Shown: positions 27,866 to 36,090 of the stretch, piece by piece | Layout of the letters: each line of letters begins with the position of its first letter | Numbering within the stretch: position 1 is the first letter of the stretch | From: a virus | Lineage: Duplodnaviria; Caudoviricetes | Direction: 5' to 3' (one strand) | Virus record (IMG/VR): IMGVR_UViG_3300029171_000002 | Location: 1-64,000 of that record | DNA: 64,000 bases | Program-made: the position numbers and the translations under genes | Notes under the pieces: generated by a model | Seen by the model: only the letters and a program-made list of their open reading frames with translations | Databases searched by the model: none | Told to the model about the DNA's origin: nothing

Positions 27866-28547
27866 TCATTCTCGCTTTAGGCTGCATCAATTCCAGAAGA
27901 CGCATGGCCATCTTCGCTCGTACCTGCTTGTGACCATCTTCGTGCCGGCGCCCTTGACCTTCTTCATCCAAGTGCAAGAACTCGTTTTGCTCAACTCTGG
28001 GAACCACGTAGTTCCAATTCCCAGCAATTCGGTTTGCCATGCACAACAAGAGGTCATCTGTTCTGTACCAACTGTGATCGAGTTGCGTTCTGAGTCTGTG
28101 TGCTTGCAGTAAGTGTTCTCGGGTACAGAAGAAGAGTCTGGAAACGATATCGACCTCGCACAGAAACTGCATTTCCTCTTCAGCGTCTTGCTCAAGTAAC
28201 TGACCTTTCATTCCCAAAACGGCATTCGGTAAGGCGTCATGGTAGTAATCAAACATCTTCAGCGTGTCGTGTTGAACCACCAAGTCATCGTCCTGAAAGA
28301 AGAAAGTGTTTGAGTCACTGAGCAGTGCCACCGCAAATCTCGCCACCGGCCCAAAGTTCTGGTTCGAGTTGATAATGGCAACGTTCGTGTCCGAGTCTAC
28401 CGGCAACGGCTCTGTGCCATTACAGAAGACGATCACGCGCTCTGGCTTAACGCTACCGCTGAGCAGCGCTCGCACTATAAGCGGCAAGTTCCGTTTCCGG
28501 CTCGTCGCATGCGATAGGACGACTGCAGTCATTCCAGTTGAGCTCAT
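27858..28547 (-). CDS. GT-A glycosyltransferase (GT2/GT64-like)
   Basis: TAVVLSH...R..NL start, NFGPVARF, FFFQDDD; GGAG RBS before ATG 28547. Confidence 0.7.
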   Translation of the reverse strand: MSSTGMTAVVLSHATSRKRNLPLIVRALLSGSVKPERVIVFCNGTEPLPVDSDTNVAIINSNQNFGPVARFAVALLSDSNTFFFQDDDLVVQHDTLKMFDYYHDALPNAVLGMKGQLLEQDAEEEMQFLCEVDIVSRLFFCTREHLLQAHRLRTQLDHSWYRTDDLLLCMANRIAGNWNYVVPRVEQNEFLHLDEEGQGRRHEDGHKQVRAKMAMRLLELMQPKARMNA

Positions 28548-29175
28548 CCAATCTCTCCAATCCTTCTTGCTCATCCCAGGGCAGGCGTGACGAGTAGGCC
28601 CCGTGAACCATGTGACGCAGCAAGGCATCACCACTGCACCAGACTTCAAAGCCTTTGCGCCTGGCGTCCGTGCAAAACTTCACATCCATGGTGTTATCGT
28701 CTTTCTCGTAGTAAAACCATGGTGCTGCCATTTCTCTGAGTACTTCTGTCTTGATCAGCATCGCTCCCGTGCCAATGGCGAAGCCTTGCTTCAGGCCATG
28801 CCGTGGAGGCTCCGGGTCGGCGATCAAGTTTCCAGCGCCGTCATCGACAAAGAAGCAGGGCTTTGACTTCGCGTTGAAGCACAGGCCACCAACAATGTCC
28901 TTGTCTGCTGCCAGCAGGATATCGAGCAGGTCCGGCTTGTAACAGATATCGTCATCAATCATTAGCAGGCGATCGGCTCCTGCCTTGATAGCGGTATGGC
29001 ACAACAGGTTTCTGGCAACACGGATAGGGACCCGCGGCCCAATCACCATGTCTTTGACTTTGTACCTGCCCTTCTCCATCTCCGCGCCAATCCGTTGCCA
29101 CAGCATTCGCATACAATAGGCAGGCAAGGGATCGATCCCAGAGTACATCGGAGTGCAGGCTAGAATTTTCAGCAT
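28453..29175 (-). CDS. GT2-like glycosyltransferase
   Basis: ARNLL, LLMIDDD, DIVGGL, IGTGAMLI...V, DVKFC. Confidence 0.8.
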   Translation of the reverse strand: MLKILACTPMYSGIDPLPAYCMRMLWQRIGAEMEKGRYKVKDMVIGPRVPIRVARNLLCHTAIKAGADRLLMIDDDICYKPDLLDILLAADKDIVGGLCFNAKSKPCFFVDDGAGNLIADPEPPRHGLKQGFAIGTGAMLIKTEVLREMAAPWFYYEKDDNTMDVKFCTDARRKGFEVWCSGDALLRHMVHGAYSSRLPWDEQEGLERLDELNWNDCSRPIACDEPETELAAYSASAAQR

Positions 29176-29223
29176 AGATGTTCCAAGAAACAAACCCCTG
29201 GCGTTTTCACCAGGGGAATGCTT

Positions 29224-29472
29224 TTAAGTTCCCCAAGCAGTAATCTTCCCAACGAGAGTCCCTGAAGCAACCTTGATTGTGATCGTCCCACCGGAAACCG
29301 TACCCCCTACAGCAACAGCCGTAGCGGGAACGAATGTCCAGAAGACAATCGTGTTCAAAGTCGAATCCCAAGTATCTGTGTCATCCACGCTGGTAAGATC
29401 TGCAGTCCTCATTCGAAGATTTCCAGCACTACTGTCAATCGTAGATCCGGAAGTCTCAGCAGCAGCAGCCAT
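29224..29472 (-). CDS. Small capsid-region protein
   Basis: 82 aa, AAGGAG RBS. Confidence 0.55.
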   Translation of the reverse strand: MAAAAETSGSTIDSSAGNLRMRTADLTSVDDTDTWDSTLNTIVFWTFVPATAVAVGGTVSGGTITIKVASGTLVGKITAWGT

Positions 29473-29524
29473 AACGGCTCCTTTCGATCAAGGCCCGGAG
29501 TGCGCATCCCCAGGCCTATCTCAA

Positions 29525-30055
29525 TTACCAGTCCAGATTGTGGAGTAACACGTTGGCTGTTGCCGCCGTGGTTGAGGCCGTAAGCATGACCCCGTAGGCT
29601 TGCAGGTACACCGTGGCCAAGGTAGCCGGAGTCGTAGCGGTGGTGGTCGTACCGAATGTCAAATCCACGGTATTTCCAACAACGCGAGATCCAATTGCCT
29701 TAGCAGCGGTAACCTTGGTGAGACTGACTCCACCCACCTGAATCCAGACATAGTATCCATCTGTCGGGATCAGCTTGATGACGCCAGCGACCGCTTGAAT
29801 CGAACCCGTGTCGCTCTGGTCCGCGCAAACAGTCCAAACCGGTGGATTGGTCGTGGGAGTCAGTGTGATCCAATACACCACTCCGTTCGCAATCCCGGTC
29901 ACCCCACCTTCGGTAAATTTCACGTACCGATAGAGGTTCCCCTTGTAGCGATACAATGATCCCAAAGGGGCCAATGCCGTTGCATCGTTCACAGTTTCCG
30001 GATTCCCTGTAGAAATATTGGGAGTCACAGACTGTCCATAAATCTCTCCTGCCAT
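29525..30055 (-). CDS. Capsid decoration/cement protein (putative)
   Basis: Directly after the capsid gene; YRYVKF and GYYVWIQVGG motifs. Confidence 0.6.
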   Translation of the reverse strand: MAGEIYGQSVTPNISTGNPETVNDATALAPLGSLYRYKGNLYRYVKFTEGGVTGIANGVVYWITLTPTTNPPVWTVCADQSDTGSIQAVAGVIKLIPTDGYYVWIQVGGVSLTKVTAAKAIGSRVVGNTVDLTFGTTTTATTPATLATVYLQAYGVMLTASTTAATANVLLHNLDW

Positions 30056-30074
30056 GGTAGTCTCCTTTACTCCC

Positions 30075-31865
30075 TTACAGAGTGGGAACGCTGGTGATAC
30101 GGAAGTTAAGGCGAGGGTTACTCACAACCAAGTTCCCCGCAAAGAAATACTGACCCGCAACATCGTCGGTATTCTGGGCTTCCTTAAATCCAGAGAAGCC
30201 GAACTGGTATCGCTCCAGCGTGCTCACGTACAGAGCAAAGTTCTCGCGCCGAGTATTCAGACCGTACATCTCGCCTGAAGGTGCGTACTGGTCGACAACG
30301 ACTGAAGCACTATTAAATTTGAAGCTGGAGAATCCTGCCTTAGCTACGTCAGAGCTCTCTTCGTGGAACCGCTGCATTGGCTGCAGTTTGCTCCAGAATT
30401 GATCCCAAACGTTCTGCCGTCCAGCAATCAAATCCACATGCTCGTTTCCGAACCATGCGCTTCCATACGCCTTCTGCACACCGGTCAAACTGAAACCGGT
30501 AGAGAATGAAGCCACGTAACCGTTAATGCCGCTTGAAACGGTTCCGTTTGCTACGCCCAAATCGCTTCTGGTGATCCCACCATAGCTTGCGTAGTTTGAT
30601 CCATGATCGACAGCGGCCTGCAAGCCGTCGAGTTGAAGCGTTCCAGAGTTGGTGCCCTGTCCGTCAAGATACATGTCGGTTGCGAGCAATTTGCCCATCT
30701 TGCCGGCAGCGTTGTTCAGCTTGGCAGAGACATGGGAGAAAGCTGCTTCCGGGCCACGGTTCAAGACAGAGTCGGGTCCATAGACTGTCACGTTTACGTA
30801 GTAGAACTTGATCGCAAACTGCAACGCCGAATCAGTTGTGACTCGGGTTGTGTCGAAAGTTCCACCAGGGGCATACGCGCCGCCATTTAATTCTGCCCAT
30901 TGTATGGGGACCAGGATACGATTACCGCCCTCGAAGCGAGCGACGTTATTCGTCCGAGCCCTGACAAAAACAGCAGAACTTTTGTAGCTAGAATCCTACG
31001 GCTTGAGGCGCACCGTAGCTTGGGCCATCACTCATCAGGACTGATTCTGATCGTTCGGGGTTGGTCTCTGCACGTGCGGCTTCAAGTTCGAGCAGGCGTT
31101 GTCGCCAACGCTCTTGCTTGTTGAGGATACGGGGAGGGGTAGCAATACCTGTGGCTCTGCGCTCACGCCAATGCTTTGAAGTCGTGTTGAACAACCTCAA
31201 GAGTTCTGCTTCCTCGTGACGAAACGTCATGTACCGTTTCGCAGTCGTAGCATTTGAACTCGCTTCAGCGCCTTGACTCAGCCACGATAGTTTGTGGCCT
31301 TTCAAGATAGTGCCGCCAAATTCCTTTTTGATAAAAGGCAAGGCGGAAACATCGATGCCGATCAAAAGCCCCAGAGCTGGTTCGCAAAAGCCATCAGGGA
31401 ATGATTCGACACAGAACACACCACAAGCTTCCAGGACACCGGCGAGATAAGCATCTTTGGCCCGAGACTTCCGAACCATCGACCGCTCTCGGGCTTCGAG
31501 CTTCAACTCTTGGACTTTTATACCATTGAGGTGATAGATGACAAGATTTTGCTCTCGCTCAAGAGTCCCGCCAAAAAGACCCTGGATTCGCTTCAAAGGT
31601 TTTGCTTGATTAAACTTTACGGTAAGAGTGTCTCCGGCAAAACTGGGGGATGCAGCATCCAGAAAGCCAGTGACATAACCGAGTATCGTTTCCCTATCCA
31701 TATCTGCCGCTTCGTCAGGGTAGCCGTCTTAGACATGTGTCCAAGTGCCGGGCGTTCCCTGGATTACCGAACGTTTATACACCGCCTACAGTTAACGGTG
31801 TCTACCAACACTGGAACGATGAAATCGCGGGTTTTTCCGTTGATATCCGTCCAGGTTAGAGCCAT
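30075..31865 (-). CDS. Major capsid protein, spliced: exon 1 31865-31795, exon 2 30987-30075 (327 aa)
   Basis: AGGAG RBS, ATG 31865; joined frame MALTWTDINGKTRDFIVPVLVDT-V-YKSSAVFVRARTNN...; 71+913=984 nt; HK97-type P22-like coat pattern; follows scaffold. Confidence 0.85.
30988..31701 (-). CDS. Intron-encoded double-motif LAGLIDADG protein, apparently catalytically degenerate
   Basis: YVTGFLDAAS and YLAGVLEACG motifs; starts in the P6a loop. Confidence 0.75.
   Translation of the reverse strand: MDRETILGYVTGFLDAASPSFAGDTLTVKFNQAKPLKRIQGLFGGTLEREQNLVIYHLNGIKVQELKLEARERSMVRKSRAKDAYLAGVLEACGVFCVESFPDGFCEPALGLLIGIDVSALPFIKKEFGGTILKGHKLSWLSQGAEASSNATTAKRYMTFRHEEAELLRLFNTTSKHWRERRATGIATPPRILNKQERWRQRLLELEAARAETNPERSESVLMSDGPSYGAPQAVGF
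30988..31794 (-). mobile_element. Group I self-splicing intron, 807 nt
   Basis: P1 CACCGU/GCGGUG with U.G at the splice site; P10 UGUAG/CUACA; P3 CGUUCGG/CCGAACG; P4 CAGGG/CCCUG; P6 ACG/CGU; P6a GCGGC/GCCGC; P7 G(A)GACCA/UGGCCC; P8 AUCAG/CUGAU; P9 CUACGG/CCGUAG; terminal G. Confidence 0.9.
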
Positions 31866-32030
31866 TGGTAAAGTCTCCTAAGAAAATGTCCAGCAAGTTC
31901 CGATGTTGGCGGTTTCGCCTTCCTCGTGCTGGCCATCTCCTTCCCTGCGTGAGCAGGGGTCCGGAGGCTGGCAAGGTTGAAGGGTCCGGTCGATAACTCG
32001 GGCCAGTGCGGGGTTACATTACAGCGTCAA

Positions 32031-32873
32031 CTACTTACCCTCGCGGGTTGCAGTTGCGGCTGCGGCGACAGCTTCATCAAGGCTGGCAAATTGATGCTGG
32101 CTGTTACCTGGATCCTGATTAAATCTGCGGTTCATGGCGCCACTGTCTAAGCTGACACCGGGCGATGGCGGAACCGAAGCAATCGTCTTGTACTTCTCTT
32201 CGGCCTTCCGATCAGCCTCTTCCTGAATACGTTTGATTTCTGTGTCTCTGATCTGCTGCCCAAATTTGGCGTTGTAAGCGTCTTCAAGTTTGGAAATCCC
32301 TTTCTCTGCGGCATATCCCCAGAGCTCTTGAATTTCAGTCTTTGTCAAAGCTTTGCCAAAATCTTTTGCCGATCGCTCCCGGATATCCAGAGTGTCGAGC
32401 AGGTTCTCATGGGTGAAGTTGATGTAACTCTGACCACGCTCGTTGATCAGCTTCTCTACTTGGTCGACGCTTACGGAACCCTTAATCGCGGTCTGCACCG
32501 TGCCCAGCATTTCCTTGACGCCTTTGATCTCATTCATCACGGCCTGGTTCTCGCCGACCGTCAGATCGCCGCCCGCAGCCCTCGACTGAAGGTCAGCAAG
32601 CTGTGACTCCAGCTGGGTCTTGACCGTGGTTAGTTGCTCGTTTTGCTCGGTCAGAGTTCGCACAGAGGAGAGCTTGGCAACGTTGTCGTCATACCACTTC
32701 TTCTGCGCAACCTCAGTTTCCTTAACCTTGTTCATGTTGCGGCTGTAGTCTTCCTGAGCCATGAACCCCTTAAGGATGTCTGGGTTGGATTCAAAAGCTT
32801 CCCGTGCAACCTTTCTGTAATTCTCGTCCGGCATTTTTGCCAGAGCGTCTTCAACTGATTTAGGCAGAGCCAT
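32031..32873 (-). CDS. Capsid scaffolding protein
   Basis: Helical/coiled-coil, charged, directly upstream of the capsid gene. Confidence 0.7.
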   Translation of the reverse strand: MALPKSVEDALAKMPDENYRKVAREAFESNPDILKGFMAQEDYSRNMNKVKETEVAQKKWYDDNVAKLSSVRTLTEQNEQLTTVKTQLESQLADLQSRAAGGDLTVGENQAVMNEIKGVKEMLGTVQTAIKGSVSVDQVEKLINERGQSYINFTHENLLDTLDIRERSAKDFGKALTKTEIQELWGYAAEKGISKLEDAYNAKFGQQIRDTEIKRIQEEADRKAEEKYKTIASVPPSPGVSLDSGAMNRRFNQDPGNSQHQFASLDEAVAAAATATREGK

Positions 32874-32880
32874 CTAATCC

Positions 32881-33468
32881 TCACGCTGCTGGCAGTCGTG
32901 CCAGCATTTCATCGGTTGGTGGCGGATTCATACCGTTGTTCCGCTCACCTTCCAGTATTTTGGGAACTTCCTGTCTGAGCTTGGAGAGAAACCCGGTGAT
33001 CACCGATCCCAGACTGGGATCGGCACTGGCAATCTGCGGCAACAACATCTCGAGTTGCACCGCAATGCCCATGACGCCTTGGGGGACGCCTTGCATCTCC
33101 GGGGCCGGACCCTCAGGAGGTTGAGGAGCCGGCTGTCCGGGGAGCAGCGGGGCCTGCATCTGTGGTGGACCAACCGATGGAGGGGCAGTTGGTGGACCTG
33201 ATGGACCCAGCTTAACAACTAGAGATTGACCTAATTTATCGATGTCAGGGCTGAGTTCTGGAGCCATATCGGCCAGATTCTCAAGCAGTGGCATCACTTG
33301 ACGGATCTTGCGGCCGGCATCCAAGCTAGCCATCACGCCGTCCTGACTTACTTTGTTTTGAAAGAAACTGGCAAGACCAGCGCCGGGTTGTGGCGTGGCT
33401 GCAGGAGGTGGCTGCATCTGCGATTGAATCTCGGGTGGTAACGGTGGACCGCCAATGATCTCAGCCAT
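32881..33468 (-). CDS. Proline-rich head-region protein
   Basis: About 35 Pro in 195 aa; AAAGGA RBS. Confidence 0.65.
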   Translation of the reverse strand: MAEIIGGPPLPPEIQSQMQPPPAATPQPGAGLASFFQNKVSQDGVMASLDAGRKIRQVMPLLENLADMAPELSPDIDKLGQSLVVKLGPSGPPTAPPSVGPPQMQAPLLPGQPAPQPPEGPAPEMQGVPQGVMGIAVQLEMLLPQIASADPSLGSVITGFLSKLRQEVPKILEGERNNGMNPPPTDEMLARLPAA

Positions 33469-33492
33469 GATTTCCTTTTCGGAGTCCTAACA

Positions 33493-33538
33493 AGCAAAAA
33501 GGCCATCACGCGCCGTTAACGGTGACAGCCTTTTTGCT
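33493..33538. terminator. Bidirectional terminator-like hairpin
   Basis: AGCAAAAAGGC 33493-33503 and GCCTTTTTGCT 33528-33538 with inner TCAC/GTGA pairing. Confidence 0.55.
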
Positions 33539-33585
33539 AAGCGTTAGGTGGTCTTTAAGCCCGCGTGCCCACGGGTGACCAAATT

Positions 33586-33660
33586 TGGTTGCGGGTCCTG
33601 GATTCGAACCAGGGATCTCTAGGTTATGAGCCTAGCGGAGTTCCTCTTTCCTAACCCGCC
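33586..33660 (-). tRNA. tRNA-Met(CAT), initiator-like, CCA encoded
   Basis: GGCGGGT...CTAGG-CTCATAA-CCTAG...CCTGG-TTCGAAT-CCAGG-ACCCGCA-A-CCA. Confidence 0.9.
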
Positions 33661-33740
33661 ATATTCATTTAGGGGATGCCATGCTCACACCTGACCGTCT
33701 CAAGGGAAAGTGTGAAAGTGGAGCCTGCAACCCCTAACCG

Positions 33741-33908
33741 TTATTTCGTCTCGCCGCTCTTTCCAAAGTCAGACTTGGTATTGACAGAGCTGGGCGTCTT
33801 CGACAATTCGGCGTGCGTCGCCGGACTCTGATAGAAGTCACCAGGCGCGTTGGTGGGCTGCTTGGTTCCTTCGTCATGCCCTGGGTACGAGGTATTTTGA
33901 TTGTCCAT
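33741..33908 (-). CDS. 55-aa hydrophilic hypothetical protein (below ORF-track cut-off)
   Basis: AAGAGGA RBS, MDNQNTSYPG...SGETK. Confidence 0.5.
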   Translation of the reverse strand: MDNQNTSYPGHDEGTKQPTNAPGDFYQSPATHAELSKTPSSVNTKSDFGKSGETK

Positions 33909-34031
33909 GATCGGTTCCTCTTTAGCCAGAACAGCGACTGGCCATCGCTTTATTGTGAAGCAGTTAATAGTTTGCAGTTCAAGAAATACAGGAGAGCCAA
34001 CGCTTTGTCAAGAGTCTGTTTAAGATTTTAT

Positions 34032-34745
34032 TCAGTCGCCGCCACGAATACAACGCTTGCCCATTGGAATTGGCTCGGGTACTGGCTCTGCTGGCTGCTC
34101 TGTGACAGTCCAACTTTCAAGTGCTGGCATCACGTAATAAGGTTGCCAGCCAGGAAAAACCGCTGACGTGACAGCCGCAGTGCGCATTGACTCTGGTGTG
34201 TCCCTGTGGCCACCGCCAAGCATTGGAGTAGATTCTATCCCAGTTAACCGAAACGACTGGCGTGGATTACCAACTTGAAGGTTGGAGGCGAACAGGATCT
34301 GTCCTTCTGGCATATTCGGATCAGTGACAACCGGCATGCCTGCCAATGCTCCACTCAATGCGTCCATCTCATCTGAGGATGGAACAACCAATGTAGGCCG
34401 GTCAGCTGCTATCCAACGTGCGCCAAAATCTTCAGGCCTCAACGCAACCGCGTCGCGATAGAGCGCATGTATCTGTTCTGCTGTTATCGCTGGCTGTTCT
34501 GGTCTCGCAGTAGCCACGGTCGCGGGAGGACCCTCAGATGTAACCGTATGAGTCACGGTCACCAAGTCACCACTGGCAAGATCGACTCCTGCCGGAAACT
34601 CTTGACGGTCAATCAGAGTCCCCAGAGACCATTCGCCTTCGACTGGTGGTTGATAAGAGAATATTGGCTCTCTGCCGAGATCTCCGAACGAGTAAGTGCG
34701 TCTGGCTCGACTCCTCTCTCTTGGTTCACGATTGCGCCTGCTCAT
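34032..34745 (-). CDS. Hypothetical protein ending in IPMGKRCIRGGD
   Basis: 237 aa; ATGA overlap; C-terminal motif. Confidence 0.65.
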   Translation of the reverse strand: MSRRNREPRERSRARRTYSFGDLGREPIFSYQPPVEGEWSLGTLIDRQEFPAGVDLASGDLVTVTHTVTSEGPPATVATARPEQPAITAEQIHALYRDAVALRPEDFGARWIAADRPTLVVPSSDEMDALSGALAGMPVVTDPNMPEGQILFASNLQVGNPRQSFRLTGIESTPMLGGGHRDTPESMRTAAVTSAVFPGWQPYYVMPALESWTVTEQPAEPVPEPIPMGKRCIRGGD

Positions 34746-35164
34746 CTCACGGTCACCTTGACATGCTGAGACCCAATAGTTTCCTTCAACACGGTCCCAC
34801 CGTGCTCATCGGCCACTTCATAAATAGCCGTCACGAAGTAGTGATAGGTTCTGACAGCCTTAAAACTTGTAGAGCCGTGAATTGTTTGTGTTGTTGAATC
34901 CACAAAGCAATCAGCCAGTATCATCTTCGGGATAAAAGGGTCATAGAACCCTTCCTGCGTCTGAGACCTGCGAACCCTAAAGTATCGGAACTGGTCACTG
35001 TATGGAGTCTCCCAGCACAGCTTAACATCTTCCCCCACCGCCTTTGCCAACTCAGAGGCTCCGTCAGCACCCACACACATACGGGCATCAGCACTTGTCT
35101 GTGCCATGACAAAGCCTCCAAAGAATACCAACAACAGCAGGAGAAAATAGAGGATCCAAGACAT
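34742..35164 (-). CDS. Signal peptide/TM + FN3-like domain
   Basis: MSWILYFLLLLLVFFGG; LCWE...FRVRRS...YHYFVTAIY. Confidence 0.6.
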   Translation of the reverse strand: MSWILYFLLLLLVFFGGFVMAQTSADARMCVGADGASELAKAVGEDVKLCWETPYSDQFRYFRVRRSQTQEGFYDPFIPKMILADCFVDSTTQTIHGSTSFKAVRTYHYFVTAIYEVADEHGGTVLKETIGSQHVKVTVR

Positions 35165-35619
35165 TACGCTTCAGGCTCTTGGATCTCGCTAACTTCCACT
35201 TTAACGATCGTGGCCTTGCTCAAATCGGGACCAGTGAAATCCAGCAGAGCAACGATGGGTTCTACGCCGGATCCAAGATCCGCATCGGCTTGGAACACGA
35301 TTTGACCGATCCCTTCATCCAGACAGGTGAGCTTCCCTTCCCGTGTAACCTGATCGAAGGCGACTCCGCCTGCGATTTCATTCGAATTCGTGATCGTGAT
35401 ATCGCCGTCAATCTTTGCATCCCGGCCTTTGACATCCTCGATCTTCAGTTTGAAAGTGACAAACTGTCCCAACTTTGTGAAAGCTGCCATGACTTTTTCT
35501 CCTTTTACTGTGATGTTGTTGATGGTGACGACGACGAACAGACGAGCTTGAGGCTTCTTCTTGTGAATGATTTTGACGATGAAGTCGGATTGCGGTTCCA
35601 GATCAAGACAAAGAGTCAC
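35164..35619 (-). CDS. Small Ig-like beta-sandwich protein
   Basis: Beta-strand pattern, GIGQIVFQADADLG. Confidence 0.55.
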   Translation of the reverse strand: MTLCLDLEPQSDFIVKIIHKKKPQARLFVVVTINNITVKGEKVMAAFTKLGQFVTFKLKIEDVKGRDAKIDGDITITNSNEIAGGVAFDQVTREGKLTCLDEGIGQIVFQADADLGSGVEPIVALLDFTGPDLSKATIVKVEVSEIQEPEA

Positions 35620-35685
35620 GATGAACCTCCTGAATGGAACCTAGCAGTAACTGGCACAAAGTTCAACCACTGTGTTGTTAAATCT

Positions 35686-36090
35686 TCAGCCACGGATGCA
35701 ACGCTTGTTCATTGGGATGAATTCTGGGGTGAACTTAGGCGACGCATATCCATAGGTAATCGCTGGTGTCCCTAGATTGTAGGTGACTGAATGGCCATAT
35801 TCTAAGGACCACTGGCTTGAAGCCACTTCTACTGCAAGATTGCGGTTATGATTGAATCCCATTACAGTCACAAAGAAACCACCAATATTTTCATCATAAA
35901 TTTCCGGACACTCAAAAGTTACATCTATCTGAGTTCTTGCTGGTTCTCCACCGCGATAGGCTGTCGGACATTCATAGACATAGGCCATTCTTGGGGTACG
36001 TGTGCCGTCTGGATGCAAAAGATTTTGGTGTACCGTGACCCTGTAAAAGTCCGCGCCCTGCAGAGGTTCCCAACTCGCTCGGACCCTCAC
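35686..36090 (-). CDS. FN3-like protein ending in IPMNKRCIRG
   Basis: ASWEPLQGADFYRV...FFVTVMGFN; GTGA overlap. Confidence 0.6.
   Translation of the reverse strand: MRVRASWEPLQGADFYRVTVHQNLLHPDGTRTPRMAYVYECPTAYRGGEPARTQIDVTFECPEIYDENIGGFFVTVMGFNHNRNLAVEVASSQWSLEYGHSVTYNLGTPAITYGYASPKFTPEFIPMNKRCIRG

Noticed and set aside
30075-30824. ORF-track 249-aa protein as the complete capsid, or the capsid as a pseudogene
   Set aside because: The frame extends to 30987 and joins an upstream exon through a well-formed group I intron
31866-32030. c-di-GMP-I riboswitch (AGCCTCCGG and GGCGAAACC resemble parts of it)
   Set aside because: Elements are in the wrong order and the GCAAA/P1 context is missing; kept only as a generic structured leader
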